From positions 35,154,001 through 35,218,000 of the forward strand of contig NC_043001.1 in assembly GCF_006345805.1 (NCBI RefSeq): a DNA stretch of 64,000 nucleotides. Reading direction: 5' to 3'. Position numbers and translations under genes: made by a program. Positions 1-12,374 of the stretch are shown here, one piece after another. Under the pieces are notes generated by a model. It saw only the letters and a program-made list of their open reading frames with translations, searched no databases and was not told where the DNA came from. This stretch comes from Octopus sinensis (taxonomy: Eukaryota). Within the stretch, counting starts at the first letter, position 1. Each line of letters begins with the position of its first letter.

Positions 1-119
1 TATACATGCAGACCCACACATATATGGAGAAATATAGGTTACACGTTAGCTTAAATGTGTAGTTGGCTATTCGAGATCCTATTCGGCCAGTAGACTTTCA
101 AAACCTTTCGTACAGACTT

Positions 120-370
120 ATTTTATAATACAGGGATGACGGTCATATAGTCACTCATAATTTAAACGGTCCTGAGTAAGATAAACTTAAGAAGAATCTG
201 ATTACATTCTTCTAAAGAATGGCCTTACGGATTACAATAGAAAGTAACCTTTATAATGTTAGATTTTTTTAGATATCAACTTAGATTTGCAATTAGGTGA
301 ATTTAAACCTTATCGCAAGCCCAATGATAAATTATGTTATATTAGCAAAGAATCAAATCATTCATAATTG
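120..370 (+). pseudogene. Penelope-like element (PLE) reverse transcriptase fragment, catalytic motif to thumb, with stops and frameshifts
   Basis: Manual translation: YRDDG at 129-143, then NLNGPE*DKLKKNLITFF / KNGL / RITIESNLYNVRF / DINLDLQLGEFKPYRKPNDKLCYISKESNH. This matches the PLE RT pattern YRDDG...GLxITIExN...FLDxxLDL...YKPYxKPN...YI...SNHP. Confidence 0.8.
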
Positions 371-1643
371 TCTAGTTTTAATGGTTATTGTTCGTCTAAG
401 TAGGGTGCTTACTTGTGTTCAACCGACACTGAAATGGCGCAGCTTAGAACTACTTATAAAAGTGCTACAAATAACAAGTATTCGTTTTAATTATTTGCAT
501 ATCATTTCTATATTTCTAAGAGATTAAAGGAAATTATTTCACATTTTAAAAGGTAATGGGAGAAAATAGTGTGTGTAGTTATAAACTGCAATACCTAAAA
601 AGGATAGGATGTGTAAGGTTAGATCCCCTTTAATAAAAAAAAAACGTCTTTCAATCAGATCTTCTTTGATGTTAACCATCAACAACAAGAACAAGAACAT
701 TAGGCATATCTCCACCTATGCGAATTATCATAAATATATACATGTTTAGACAACTTCTAAAGTAATCGTTTGTGACGTTACTTCCGTCGGAAAGTTAAGT
801 GGGTGACCTTTTGAATAATTCCAAGAATTTAGTTAAGAACAAGAAAAATATGTTCTCCCTTAAATTCACGCCAACAATAAATATGTGTAAAAATTACTTT
901 CTGTTTGTCGAAATTCTTCAAAGAAAATTATCATTGCCGACGCAGAAATATATTTTGTGACCAAACCGATAAAATACAGCTCATTAAGTATTTCCCTCGT
1001 GAATAAGATAACATCAGATTTTACGACCAAGTTAACTGTCAAAACGAATCATTCATACTGCTTTATATATGTGATAGTTTGCTAGATGTGCCACCACGAT
1101 AAATTTTTATGATATTTTTATTCCGAATATACTAAGTATAGAGAAACTAAATCTCATATATTGAACACTGCAATATGAAACCAAACAAAACATCCCTCTT
1201 ATAACTCCACTTTTATAAATACGTGTGTATGCATACATAAATGCATACGTACGTACGCACATAATACATACATATATATATATATATGCATATTTTTGTG
1301 TGTGAGTGTGGTGTGTGTGTGTGCATAAATACACATATATACATACATATATATATATCTGTGTGTGTATATACATATATATATATATATATGTCCGTAA
1401 GTGAACATATGTGTCTTCTCATATGTATATCGCTGAATGCATTCGTACGTGTTTGTGTGCGCGTGTGCATGTGCATGTATGTGTGAGTGCGTGCGTGCGT
1501 GCCTGACTGCCTGTTTATGTGTGTGTGAGTGCGTGCGTGCGTGCCTGTCTGCCTGTTTATGTGCGTGCGAGACTAAATCAATGTTCTGAATTTTTTCAGC
1601 TGGCCTTGAGAAGTTACTTAAGCAAATATCACAATCCCTACAA

Positions 1644-1645
<2 letters not shown>

Positions 1646-1712
<67 letters not shown>
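1646..1712 (+). repeat. (TAA)n microsatellite directly 5' of the R4/Dong fragment
   Basis: About 22 ATA/TAA units read directly. Confidence 0.95.
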
Positions 1713-1713
<1 letters not shown>

Positions 1714-1743
1714 GTAATTTAAAAAACAAGAGAGAGTAAACAA

Positions 1744-2425
1744 TTGGAAAATGAAACTACTGCATGGTCAATTACTCCGAGAAACCGAGGTAAAGAAAAC
1801 ATCGACCCTTGGAGATGGCTAAGAAAAAGTGATCGGAAAGGATGCACTGAAGCATTGATATGCAGCGCCCAGGAACAAACTCTGAGAATTAATTACATCA
1901 AGTTCCAAACACATAAGTGTAGCGAATCGTCCCTTTGTAGGTTGTGTGGCAGCAGAAACGAAACAATCTTACATATTGTGAGTGAGTGTCGCATCCTGGC
2001 CCCAAAACACTATAAAAGGAGGCACGATAACGTGGCTAAGTTCGTACACTGGCGGCTATGTTAAAATTACAGTCTGAACAGAGCACAGAAATGGCACGAA
2101 CATGAATCAGAAAGAGCCAATCCAAAGTGACTCCCTAATCGAGGCTCTGAGACCTGATATCGTTGTGGTTGATAAAGGAAAACAGGAAATCAGCACTATA
2201 GATATTGCAATACCTGGAGATGCACGCATGAGTGACAAATAACAAGAAACGATTGAGAAATACGGAAAAACTAAAGGACGAAATCGCAAGAATATCGACT
2301 ATATGGAGAGTGTCTGTCATTCCAGTAGTTATAGGGGCACTCAGAGCACTAAGAACGAAGTTCGAGAAATATGTCAGAGAAATCGGAACTGAAATAAGAG
2401 GAGAGCAAGTACCAAAATTGCAAAT
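1744..2425 (+). mobile_element. Decayed R4/Dong-clade non-LTR retrotransposon, C-terminal zinc knuckle and restriction-like endonuclease
   Basis: CRLCGSRNETILHIVSEC (CCHC), YKRRHDNVAKFVHWRLC, RPDIVVVDK...TIDIAIPGD...EKY and VIPVVIGAL (PD..D RLE). In-frame stops and frameshifts are present. Confidence 0.88.
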
Positions 2426-2599
2426 TACCACGTTTTTTTACGATTAAAACATACCATTTTTCCCTATCTCTAGTATACGAATATATTACTTAACCGACGG
2501 GAATACATTTCAATCAGTCTCTAACGAAGTACGTCCCCGAGTGAGGCAAAATAATGAATATATATCTGTTTGTGTGCATCATATTGAATGTATATCGTT

Positions 2600-3228
2600 A
2601 AGGCAGCGAGCGGGCAGAATCTTTAGCACGGCGACGGAATGCTCAACGGTACTTCTTCTGTCGTTACGTTCTGAGTTCAAATTCCGCCGATGTCGACTTT
2701 GCCTTTCATCCTTTCGGGGTCGATTAAATAAGTACAAGTTACTGGCGTCGATATAATCGACTTAATCCGTTTGTCTGTCCTTGTTTGTCCTCTCTGTGTG
2801 TTTAACCCCTTGTGAGTAGTAAAGAAATAGAAATAGGTATTTCTTCTGTCGTTACGTTCTGAGTTCAAATTTTGCTGAGGTCGACTTTGCCTTTCATCCT
2901 TTCGGGATCGATGAATTAAGTACTAGTTACATACTGGAGTCGATGCAATCGACTTAATCTGTATGTCTGTCCTTGTTTGTCCCCTCTGTGTTTAGTCCCT
3001 AGTGGGCAATAAAGAAATAAGAATCTTTAGCACGCCGGCGGAATGTCTGGCGTAATTTCATTCGTCTTCACATTCTGAGTTCAAATCCAGTGAGCCGCGG
3101 TCAACTTTGTCTTTCATCCTTTGGGTGTTGATGAAATAAGTACCAGTCAAGTACTGGGATCGATGGAATCGACTTTCTCGCTCCTCAAAACCTGATGGCC
3201 TTGTACCAAAATTTGGAAGCAATATATG
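2600..3228 (+). mobile_element. SINE family A (tRNA-like head, MetaSINE-like central domain), multimeric cluster
   Basis: Head GGC(G/A)GCGAGC(T/G)GGCAG, B-box-like GAGTTCAAATTCC, core GGTCGACTTTGCCTTTCATCCTTTCGGGGTCGAT. Three tandem modules. Confidence 0.85.
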
Positions 3229-4343
3229 TGGTTATTGAAGATGTGTGTGTGTGCGTGCGCGCGCGCTTGTTTCTGTGTCTTTCTGCACATGCATATATAT
3301 ATTTCTGTATTTTATATATTTGTACATGTGTGAAATGAGTACATAACCGCGTATATGCGCTACATATTTCGAAAACAAAGACACTTTGGTGATGTAAATT
3401 ATTCAATGAATAGAAGATTCCATTTAAAATAACACACTAAAATCTGAAAAGCAATGAAAGACAAAGCAATATTGCTTGAACTTCTGAAAAACAAGTGCAT
3501 TGTACTGTCTTATATCAGCTGAACTGAGAACGATTAGACTTTCGCCTGAAGGTGAAGCGAAGTTTGTCGGGAATTCAGCCAAATAACTATTGATTAAGTT
3601 CGCTGCCAATAATTTTTTCCTCGTTTTTCTTACCATCGCTATTATCGCCATCTCTACTGTTAATATGTTTGTTTGTATTTTAGGTCTTATATTTTGCGAA
3701 ATTAATAGATGTGGTATTCGCTAAACTTGTAATTAAAGTTGTTATTTTGGTTTTTCTTATTCTTGTATTCGTTTATTCACTACTTCCTACGCTGTTAAAG
3801 AGAATTAATGTGTAGATTTCCTTTGATTTTCTTTCCTGCTCTCCTCCCTCTTCTTTTTGCACTTCCAGTTTACAAAACTTTTAATGGTTGGCATGGATTA
3901 GTTGAAATACCAAAATCCTGAAATAGACTTAATCAACTGAAATACATTATACTTTCAAATATTCAATTAAGAGTAGCAGACACACAAATATATAAATAAA
4001 TACAATAAATAAACTATATAAAGTACAAATGTACGGCAGCATAAAGAGCTTTAACTAGCTTACTGGACTGCATAGCAGTACCGTACAAAATGGTACACTA
4101 CTATTTTGAAAAAAATATATATGCGTGAGTATATAAAAATTACATCTGAATATATGTTGGTGTGTTTACTTCCTGTGACATAGCAGTTCGGCTTAAAGAG
4201 TTTGATAGAATAATTGTTAGTCTCTGAAAAAAAAATGTGCTGGGAACAATTCATTCAACTAAAAATTCTTCTAGGCAATGCTACGACATGGCCATAGTCT
4301 GATGACTGAAGAAGAGTAAAAAATAGTCTATATAATCCTTGCT

Positions 4344-4729
4344 GCTATAGGCACAAGGTTTGAAATATGAGGGGAGAGGATTAAGTCGACTCCAGTGTTT
4401 CACTGGTACTTTGTTTATCGACCCCGAAAGGATGAATGGCAATTTGAACTCAGAACATAGCGACCAGGGAGATACCGCTAAGCATTTCGTCCAGCGTGCA
4501 AACGATTCGTTTCTACTCTAAGCACAAGGCCCGAATTTTTGAGGGAGTGGGGGGGGAGCAATCGATTAGATCGACTCGAGTACGACGTAACTGGTACTTA
4601 ATTTATCGAGTCCCGGAAGGATGAAAACAAAGTCGAACTCGGCAAAATTTGAACTCAGTGCGTAAAAGCAGATGAAATACCACTAAGTATGTCGCCCGGC
4701 GTGCAAACGATTCTGCCAACTCACCACTT
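4344..4729 (-). mobile_element. SINE family A, two modules
   Basis: Reverse complement of the family A core and head. Confidence 0.8.
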
Positions 4730-4817
4730 TCCGATAATTTATATAATAATCTGTTTGTTTGTTTCGCCTTTTGTAACTTACCAAGTTGGAGATGTGCGTG
4801 TGTATATATGAGAGAGT

Positions 4818-4883
<66 letters not shown>

Positions 4884-5149
4884 GAATAGAATATTCCATT
4901 TAAAGTAACACACTAAGATCTGAAGAGCAATGAAAGTTAAAGACGGTGAGAGAAAAGTGAGAGAGAGAAGTGCTAATGGCATGCTGTAGGGTGGGGAGAG
5001 AAAGATGAAAAGAAGAAGAGAAATGTTAAAGACATGCAGTGGGGAATTACGTGGTTGAAATGGGTTTCTCTTTTTTTCAAGGGGTAGAAAGAAAGAGAGA
5101 AATATAAAGAGCTTAGCAGAGGGAAATTCTAAAATCCTATAATATATTA

Positions 5150-5572
5150 CTTATTCATTTCTGTATTGCCCACAAGGGGCTAAACATAGAGGGGACAAAC
5201 AGGGAAAGATAAAGGGATTAAGTCGATTACATAGACCTCAGTGATTAACTGGTACTTATTTAATCGACCCCGAATGGAGGAAAGGCAAAGTCGACCTCGG
5301 CGGAATTTGAACTCAGAACGTAGCGGCAGGCGAAATACCTATTTCCTTATTAACCACAAGGGGCTAAACAGAGAGAGGATAAACAGGGACAGACAAACAG
5401 ATTAAGTCGATTATATCGACCCCAGTGCGTAACTGGTACTTATTTAATCGACCCCGAAAGGGTGAAAGGCAAAGTCGATCTCGGCGGAATTTGAACTCAG
5501 AACGAAACGGCAGACGAAATACCGCCAAGCATTTCGCCCGGCGTGCTAACGTATCTGCCAGCTCACCGCCTT
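5150..5572 (-). mobile_element. SINE family A dimer with imperfect target-site duplication
   Basis: Family A sequence flanked by AAAATCCTATA(A/C)T(A/G)TATTACT on both sides. Confidence 0.85.
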
Positions 5573-6227
5573 AAAATCCTATACTGTATTACTGTGACTG
5601 GAAGTGAAAGAATTTAGAAAAAAAAAGAGGAAAAAAAGAAAAAGAAAAACAACAAAACAAATAATAATGAAAATCATCCTTTCTTTCTTAGATAGCTTTT
5701 CTTAATCTTTTTCGTTCCGTGGAATTTCTCCAGGTTCCACTAGTAGATATGTTATGCTTCTACATGCACAAGAAACTATTTCTTTGATTCGAAAAGTTCT
5801 TCGCAGTAAGGTAATTCGAAAGATAGAAATGTTCAATTTCATAAGATTAAATTAGTTCTCATCGAAAAACTGTCAGACAAAAAGGAAATACAAAAATATA
5901 AGGGAAAAAATGTAACATATTTGACATATCTGAATTCATAGAAGTTGCTACATGATTAACATGGCGACTTTTCGCAGACTAAAGAAGCCATTTGCGCACA
6001 GCAAGAGACTTAACCTCTTTCCGCTATCTTTCTCACCCGTCAGTCAACTTCTGGTTTTTGATGATCCCTTTATGCATTTCATATCGTCTGCGTCATCACG
6101 TTGTGTTCCAAATAAATAGATAACCTAATAGGACACTCCATTCCCCACGTATGCTTAATTGTCCGCTCTTCACCCTGTTTCACACTTTAATAGGTATTAT
6201 ATTTTATTATTAATAGGTATTATATTT

Positions 6228-6465
6228 AAGGCGGCGAGCTGACAGCAACGTTAACATGCCGGGCGAAATGCTTAGCAGTATTTTGCCTGCCGCTACGTTC
6301 TGAGTTCAAATTCTGCCGAGGTCGACTTTGCCTTTCATTCTTTCGGGGTCGATTAAATAAGTACCAGTTACGCACTGGAGTCGATATAATCGACTTAATC
6401 CGTGTGTCTGTCCTTGTTTGTCCCCTCTGTGTTTAGCTCCTTGTGGGTAGTAAAGAAATAGGTAT
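6228..6465 (+). mobile_element. SINE family A, full length
   Basis: Head to tail intact, with flanking ATAGGTATTATATTT duplication. Confidence 0.88.
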
Positions 6466-7110
6466 TATATTTTATTATTGATAATGTCAGAAAAATCCGT
6501 TCGTTATTAACTATTTGGCACTCTATTATGATATGTTTGCAAAGAGTTAAATTATATTCAAATTTTGAAAATGATAAATAAAAGTTGCTGAAGAGAAATA
6601 GAGTTAGAAAACGCCATAAAATATTTCGATAAAATACTTCTGGTGTCAATTCAAATAACACAGGGAAAGAGTGACATAAATACAAAAGACAAACGAATTT
6701 ATCAGCGACTCGACATAATGGATGTCCAAATACCCTACTTACCCAGCAAACTGAATGGTGGGAGCATCTTAAGTCGCCATCCAATTAAACTTTTGAAATT
6801 GTTTGCATTATTTCACTAATGTACGTGTTTCTATCACCGAACTGCATCAATGATAAATCAAGTTGTTCTCGGGAAAGAATCGATTATTTCAAGACAAAAA
6901 TGTTACTTATTTTATCTTGCGCAAAAGACGGAATAGCAATAGCAGTTTCGTTATGAAGAGATCTACCTACCTAAAATATAACCAAGTCCTAAAAGTTGTA
7001 ATGAGATGTAAATTTATGAAATGAGCAGGCGTGATATGTAAAAGTAAAAAAAAAAAGATTCCAGTGGTGCTCGAGCATGAACGCAGGCACAACTGAAATA
7101 TATATATATG

Positions 7111-7156
<46 letters not shown>

Positions 7157-7213
7157 TACACACACACATACACGTGCTTTGGCAATATTTTTCCTGTTCT
7201 AGACTCCGTTTTT

Positions 7214-7248
7214 CTTTCTCACGAAGGGCTATCCTCGAAACATCAAAA
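7214..7248 (+). ncRNA. Degenerate minimal type I hammerhead motif (pLTR remnant)
   Basis: ttt-CTCACGA-A-GGG-ctatc-CTC-GAA-ACAT-C-aaa: G5 is mutated and the ACGT palindrome has decayed to ACAT. Confidence 0.45.
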
Positions 7249-7992
7249 ATGTTCTCTTTTTTCCAGTGCATCCTCAAACTAATACATTCTATGTATACGT
7301 CTTATTGTTTGTAATTTCTACTGTTCGTTCTTTCGATTTCACAATATATATATATGTGTGTTTGTGTGTATTTGTGTATATACATTCACACATACAAAAC
7401 TCGTTTTGGCTTTGTTTAATGCTCATGTAAGAGCAGAAAATTCATATACCAGTCTATGAGCAAGACAGTGAAGGTACCTCATTTGTATTGAAAATACACA
7501 TACGGATGGCGTATATAACTACCCGTATATAACAAAGATGTACATATATAACAAACGCACGTTTGTATGTCAGTGATTGTATCTACAGATACACACACTA
7601 TAACGTACGCATGCTTACACAAACAATTTGATACAAGCATAATCAGATGCATTCACTTTGTATCGTCACATACGTGATTGAAATACAATTATTGATTACT
7701 AACTCAATGAATAAATGCAAAATCCAAATATTAAATAAAATGCGATAACTGCTGATGAATATTTAAAATATGAAAACTACGTAATGAATAACTACGGACA
7801 ATCTGATTATAAATACATTATAATTGCAAGTAAAAAGTCAATGACGATCAAGTGCAAATAACACAAATAATACGTAAGAAAAACAGATAAGATAATTGGT
7901 CCTAAAAAAGTTTATGAATATATGCAAATAAATGCAAATAAATGCAAATAAATAGAAAAATGCTAAAATTCAAGCGCGTGAACTACACACAG

Positions 7993-8082
<90 letters not shown>

Positions 8083-8247
8083 TAGTTATCGCCATACTAA
8101 TATGGCATTCTTATAAAAATAAGAAAAAAGCTGTCCGCTTATTAGCTCCATGAGGCCATCGCCTTAAGTTAGCTATTTGATACACAAACTGTATCCATAT
8201 AACCTTCGAACAAGGGAGGTCAGTCGCTCCACACTACTTGACCGGCA

Positions 8248-8289
8248 GCTACAGATGCGTTTCGGGGTATTGCCCCTTTTCAATGCAGC
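8248..8289 (-). ncRNA. Paralogous hammerhead in unit 1 (stem III carries one mismatch)
   Basis: Same as 8610-8651 but ACGCAU-C instead of ACGCGU-C. Confidence 0.65.
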
Positions 8290-8609
8290 GTAGCCAGCCA
8301 GTAGGTGTCGCTTCCGACAATCTCTGTTCGATGGTTTTATTTACCTAGTTTCGGTGGAATATATCCACTTGTTTTCAATAATAGAAATATTAAAATAACT
8401 AAGTCTCTCTAAAAGAGAACAGCGGCAGCGTTCCCGGAAAATAATAGTTATCGCCATACTAATATGGCATTCTTATAAAAATAAGAAAAAAGCTGTCCGC
8501 TTATTAGCTCCATGAGGCCATCGCCTTAAGTTAGCTATTTGATACACAAACTGTATCCATATAACCTTCGAACAAGGGAGGTCAGTCGCTCCACACTACT
8601 TGACCGGCA

Positions 8610-8651
8610 GCTACAGACGCGTTTCGGGGTATTGCCCCTTTTCAATGCAGC
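8610..8651 (-). ncRNA. Type I hammerhead ribozyme, U3:A8 core variant, GUC cleavage site
   Basis: Minus strand GCUGCA-UUGAAAA-GGGG(CAAUA)CCCC-GAA-ACGCGU-C|UGUAGC: 6-bp stem I, 4-bp stem II, palindromic stem III. Confidence 0.75.
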
Positions 8652-9094
8652 GTAGCCAGCCAGTGGGTGTCGCTTCCGACAATTCGATGGTTTTATTTAC
8701 CTAGTTTCGGTGGAATATATCCACTTGTTTTCAATAATAGAAATATTAAAATAACTAAGTCTCTCTAAAAGAGAACAGCGGCAGCGTTCCCGGAAAATAA
8801 TAGTTATCGCCATACTAATATGGCATTCTTATAAAAATAAGAAAAAAGCTGTCCGCTTATTAGCTCCATGAGGCCATCGCCTTAAGTTAGCTATTTGATA
8901 CACATTTGCCGCTGTTCTCTTTTAGAGAGACTTAGTTATTTTAATATTTCTATTATTGAAAACAAGTGGATGTATTCCACCGAAACTAGGTAAATAAAAC
9001 CATCGAACAGAGATTGTCGGAAGCGACACCTACTGGCTGGCTACGCTGCATTGAAAAGGGGCAATACCCCGAGACTTAGTTATTTTAATATTTC

Positions 9095-9610
<516 letters not shown>

Positions 9611-10213
9611 AAGGCGTCGAGCTGGCAGAAACGTTAGCGCGCCGAGCGAAATGCATTGCGGAATTTCGCCTGCCGCTACGTTCTGAGTTCAAATTCCGCC
9701 AAGGTCGATTTTGCTACAAGACGACTAAAGTTTTTTTTTTTTCCCGAAGTCTAGGGTCTCCATCCCCTAAGCCCTAGACCATCACTTAATCACCCTTACT
9801 CGTCTTGTTGCTTAACAACAACAACAACAACTATGATGACGACAGTAAGAGCGAAAAAACTGTGTTTACAGCAGCTGTTTATTCTGAGTTCCCATTACTG
9901 CTTTTCTAAACTTTGCAATTTTAACTGGCAATACCGTAAGATAAATTTTAGCATCGGGTAAGAGAAATTCAGGGGTGTGTTCAATGTTGACATAATTTAG
10001 GAGAGAGGGTGTGTAAGGAGAGAAATATTCGAGTGTTGGGCTTAACGATGCTGCAAATGCATCACTCGTGACGGAGACTGTATAGGACGGTTATGATAAG
10101 AGGGAGAGTTACGCTAGTAGCATGCGTAATTTGAACGACCTAGGTCAATTAATATAAGTTATTAACTTTTGCCTTAATTTCGTGACTGCCCTCGTATACT
10201 ATTAAGAATCTGA

Positions 10214-10650
10214 AAGGCGGCGAGCTGGCAGTATCGTCAAGCACGCCGGACGAAATGCTTAGCAGTATTTCGTCTGCCGTTACATTCTGAGTTCAAATTC
10301 CGCCGAGGTCGACTTTGTTTTTCATCCATTCGGGGTCGATTTAATAAGTACCAGTTACGTACTGGGGTCGATGTAATCGACTTAATCCCTTTGTCTATCC
10401 TTGTTTGTCCCCTCTATGTTTAGCCCCATGTGGGTAATGAAGAAATAAGAATCTTTAGCACGCCGAGCGAAATGCTCAACCGTATGTCGGCCGTTGCTAC
10501 GTTCTGAGTTCAAATTCTCGCTGAGATCGACTTTGTCTTTCATCTTTTCGGGGTCAATAAATTAAGTACCTGTTGAGTACTGGGGACGATGTAATCGACT
10601 ACCTTTCCCTCAAATTTCAGGCTTTGTGCCTATAGCAGAAAAGATTATTG
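10214..10650 (+). mobile_element. SINE family A dimer
   Basis: Full head plus second module entering at AGAATCTTTAGC. Confidence 0.85.
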
Positions 10651-10910
10651 AGAATCTGGAATCTTTCTGTGTATGTGGATGTGTGTGTGTGAGCGTGTGC
10701 GTGCGAATATCGTGCGTGCGCGCGTGTTTGTGAGATTGCGCCTGAGTCAGCTTGCCTGCATGAGACCGCATGCGCTTCTGTGTGTATTCACGTGTGTATG
10801 CATGAATGTGTATCCGAGTATTAAATACGTATAAATATATACACATACCTACACAGAATTGCAGATTCTTAGATATATATATGCATATTCTTATATACAT
10901 AATTACATAT

Positions 10911-11404
<494 letters not shown>

Positions 11405-12374
11405 GTATATGTGTGTGTGCGTGTGCGTGTCTTTGTGTTTGTGGGTGCGTATAATTACATATGTACGTACATATTTATTCCACATATACACACAAACGCT
11501 CTAACACACACATATATGTAATAATTCAATTCTTCTTGGTTATATTTATGTATGTAATCATTACGTACACATGTGTTTCTATTTGTTTGAGAGTGTGTGT
11601 TTGTGTATGTATGTTTCTATTGTGTGTGTGTGGTAATTATATACGTGAGTATATATAAGTATACGCACCCACAAACATATCTGTATATACTCTTGTGTGT
11701 GTATGTATGTGTGCGTTTGTATCTGCGTGTATGTGCATATGAATGTGCTTGTGTGTGTGTGTGTGAAATAAATATATATGTGAGTATATGTAATTATACG
11801 CACTCACAAACACATATGTATATATGTGCTTGTGTGTATATGCATGTGTGCGCCTGTATTTGCGTACATGTGTATATGTATGCATGTGTTTGTATGTGCG
11901 TGTGTTGGCGTGTGTTGGCGTGTGTGTGCGTGCGCGAGGGTGTCAGTGTGCGCGCGCGTGTGTACGAGATATATTCTTCTGCAAGTTAATGTTTGAATGT
12001 GCCTAGGTATAAGTCTACGTGTTTCTATTTAGAAGTGTGAATAAAGCCCTGCATAGTTACTGCATCCGATATTTAAATTCCCAAAATAGTAGAAGAATTG
12101 ATACCAAGAGCGGAAGCCATTACGTGCATGATAAGATGATGACGTTAGTAAGTGATATCAGCATAGTCATCTGTAATACTAACACAAACAAAAACAACAG
12201 CTACAATTATCAACAGTAATAGCAATGACATTATCAATGACACTAACTTATACTGCTACGATTGCTATTAATACTATCACTATAACTACTGAAAATTCAT
12301 TATCAATCTTGAATTTTTATCCGCAAAATGCAAATGGTAAGAAGTGTGCAAACAATCTAGAGAGAATAAACCAA

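Noticed and set aside
4290-4320. CTGATGACTGAAG
   Set aside because: Variant of the SINE B tail (CAAATGACTGAAAC), not a ribozyme.
4918-4940. CTGAAGA-GCAAT-GAAA
   Set aside because: No stem II, III or I, and the paralogous copy reads CTGAAAA.
6690-6830. QIPYLPSKL...ILSRHPIKL, weakly like the PLE RT-EN linker
   Set aside because: Short, with no flanking PLE motifs found.
7752-7790. CTGATGA-ATATT/AATAT-GAAA-AC..GT-A
   Set aside because: Stem II is plausible but there is an extra A before stem III and no stem I complement. It may be a chance AT-rich match or a very old remnant.
8078-8906. CRISPR-like or satellite interpretation of the tandem arrays
   Set aside because: Eukaryotic context, long units without spacers, and only 2-3 copies.
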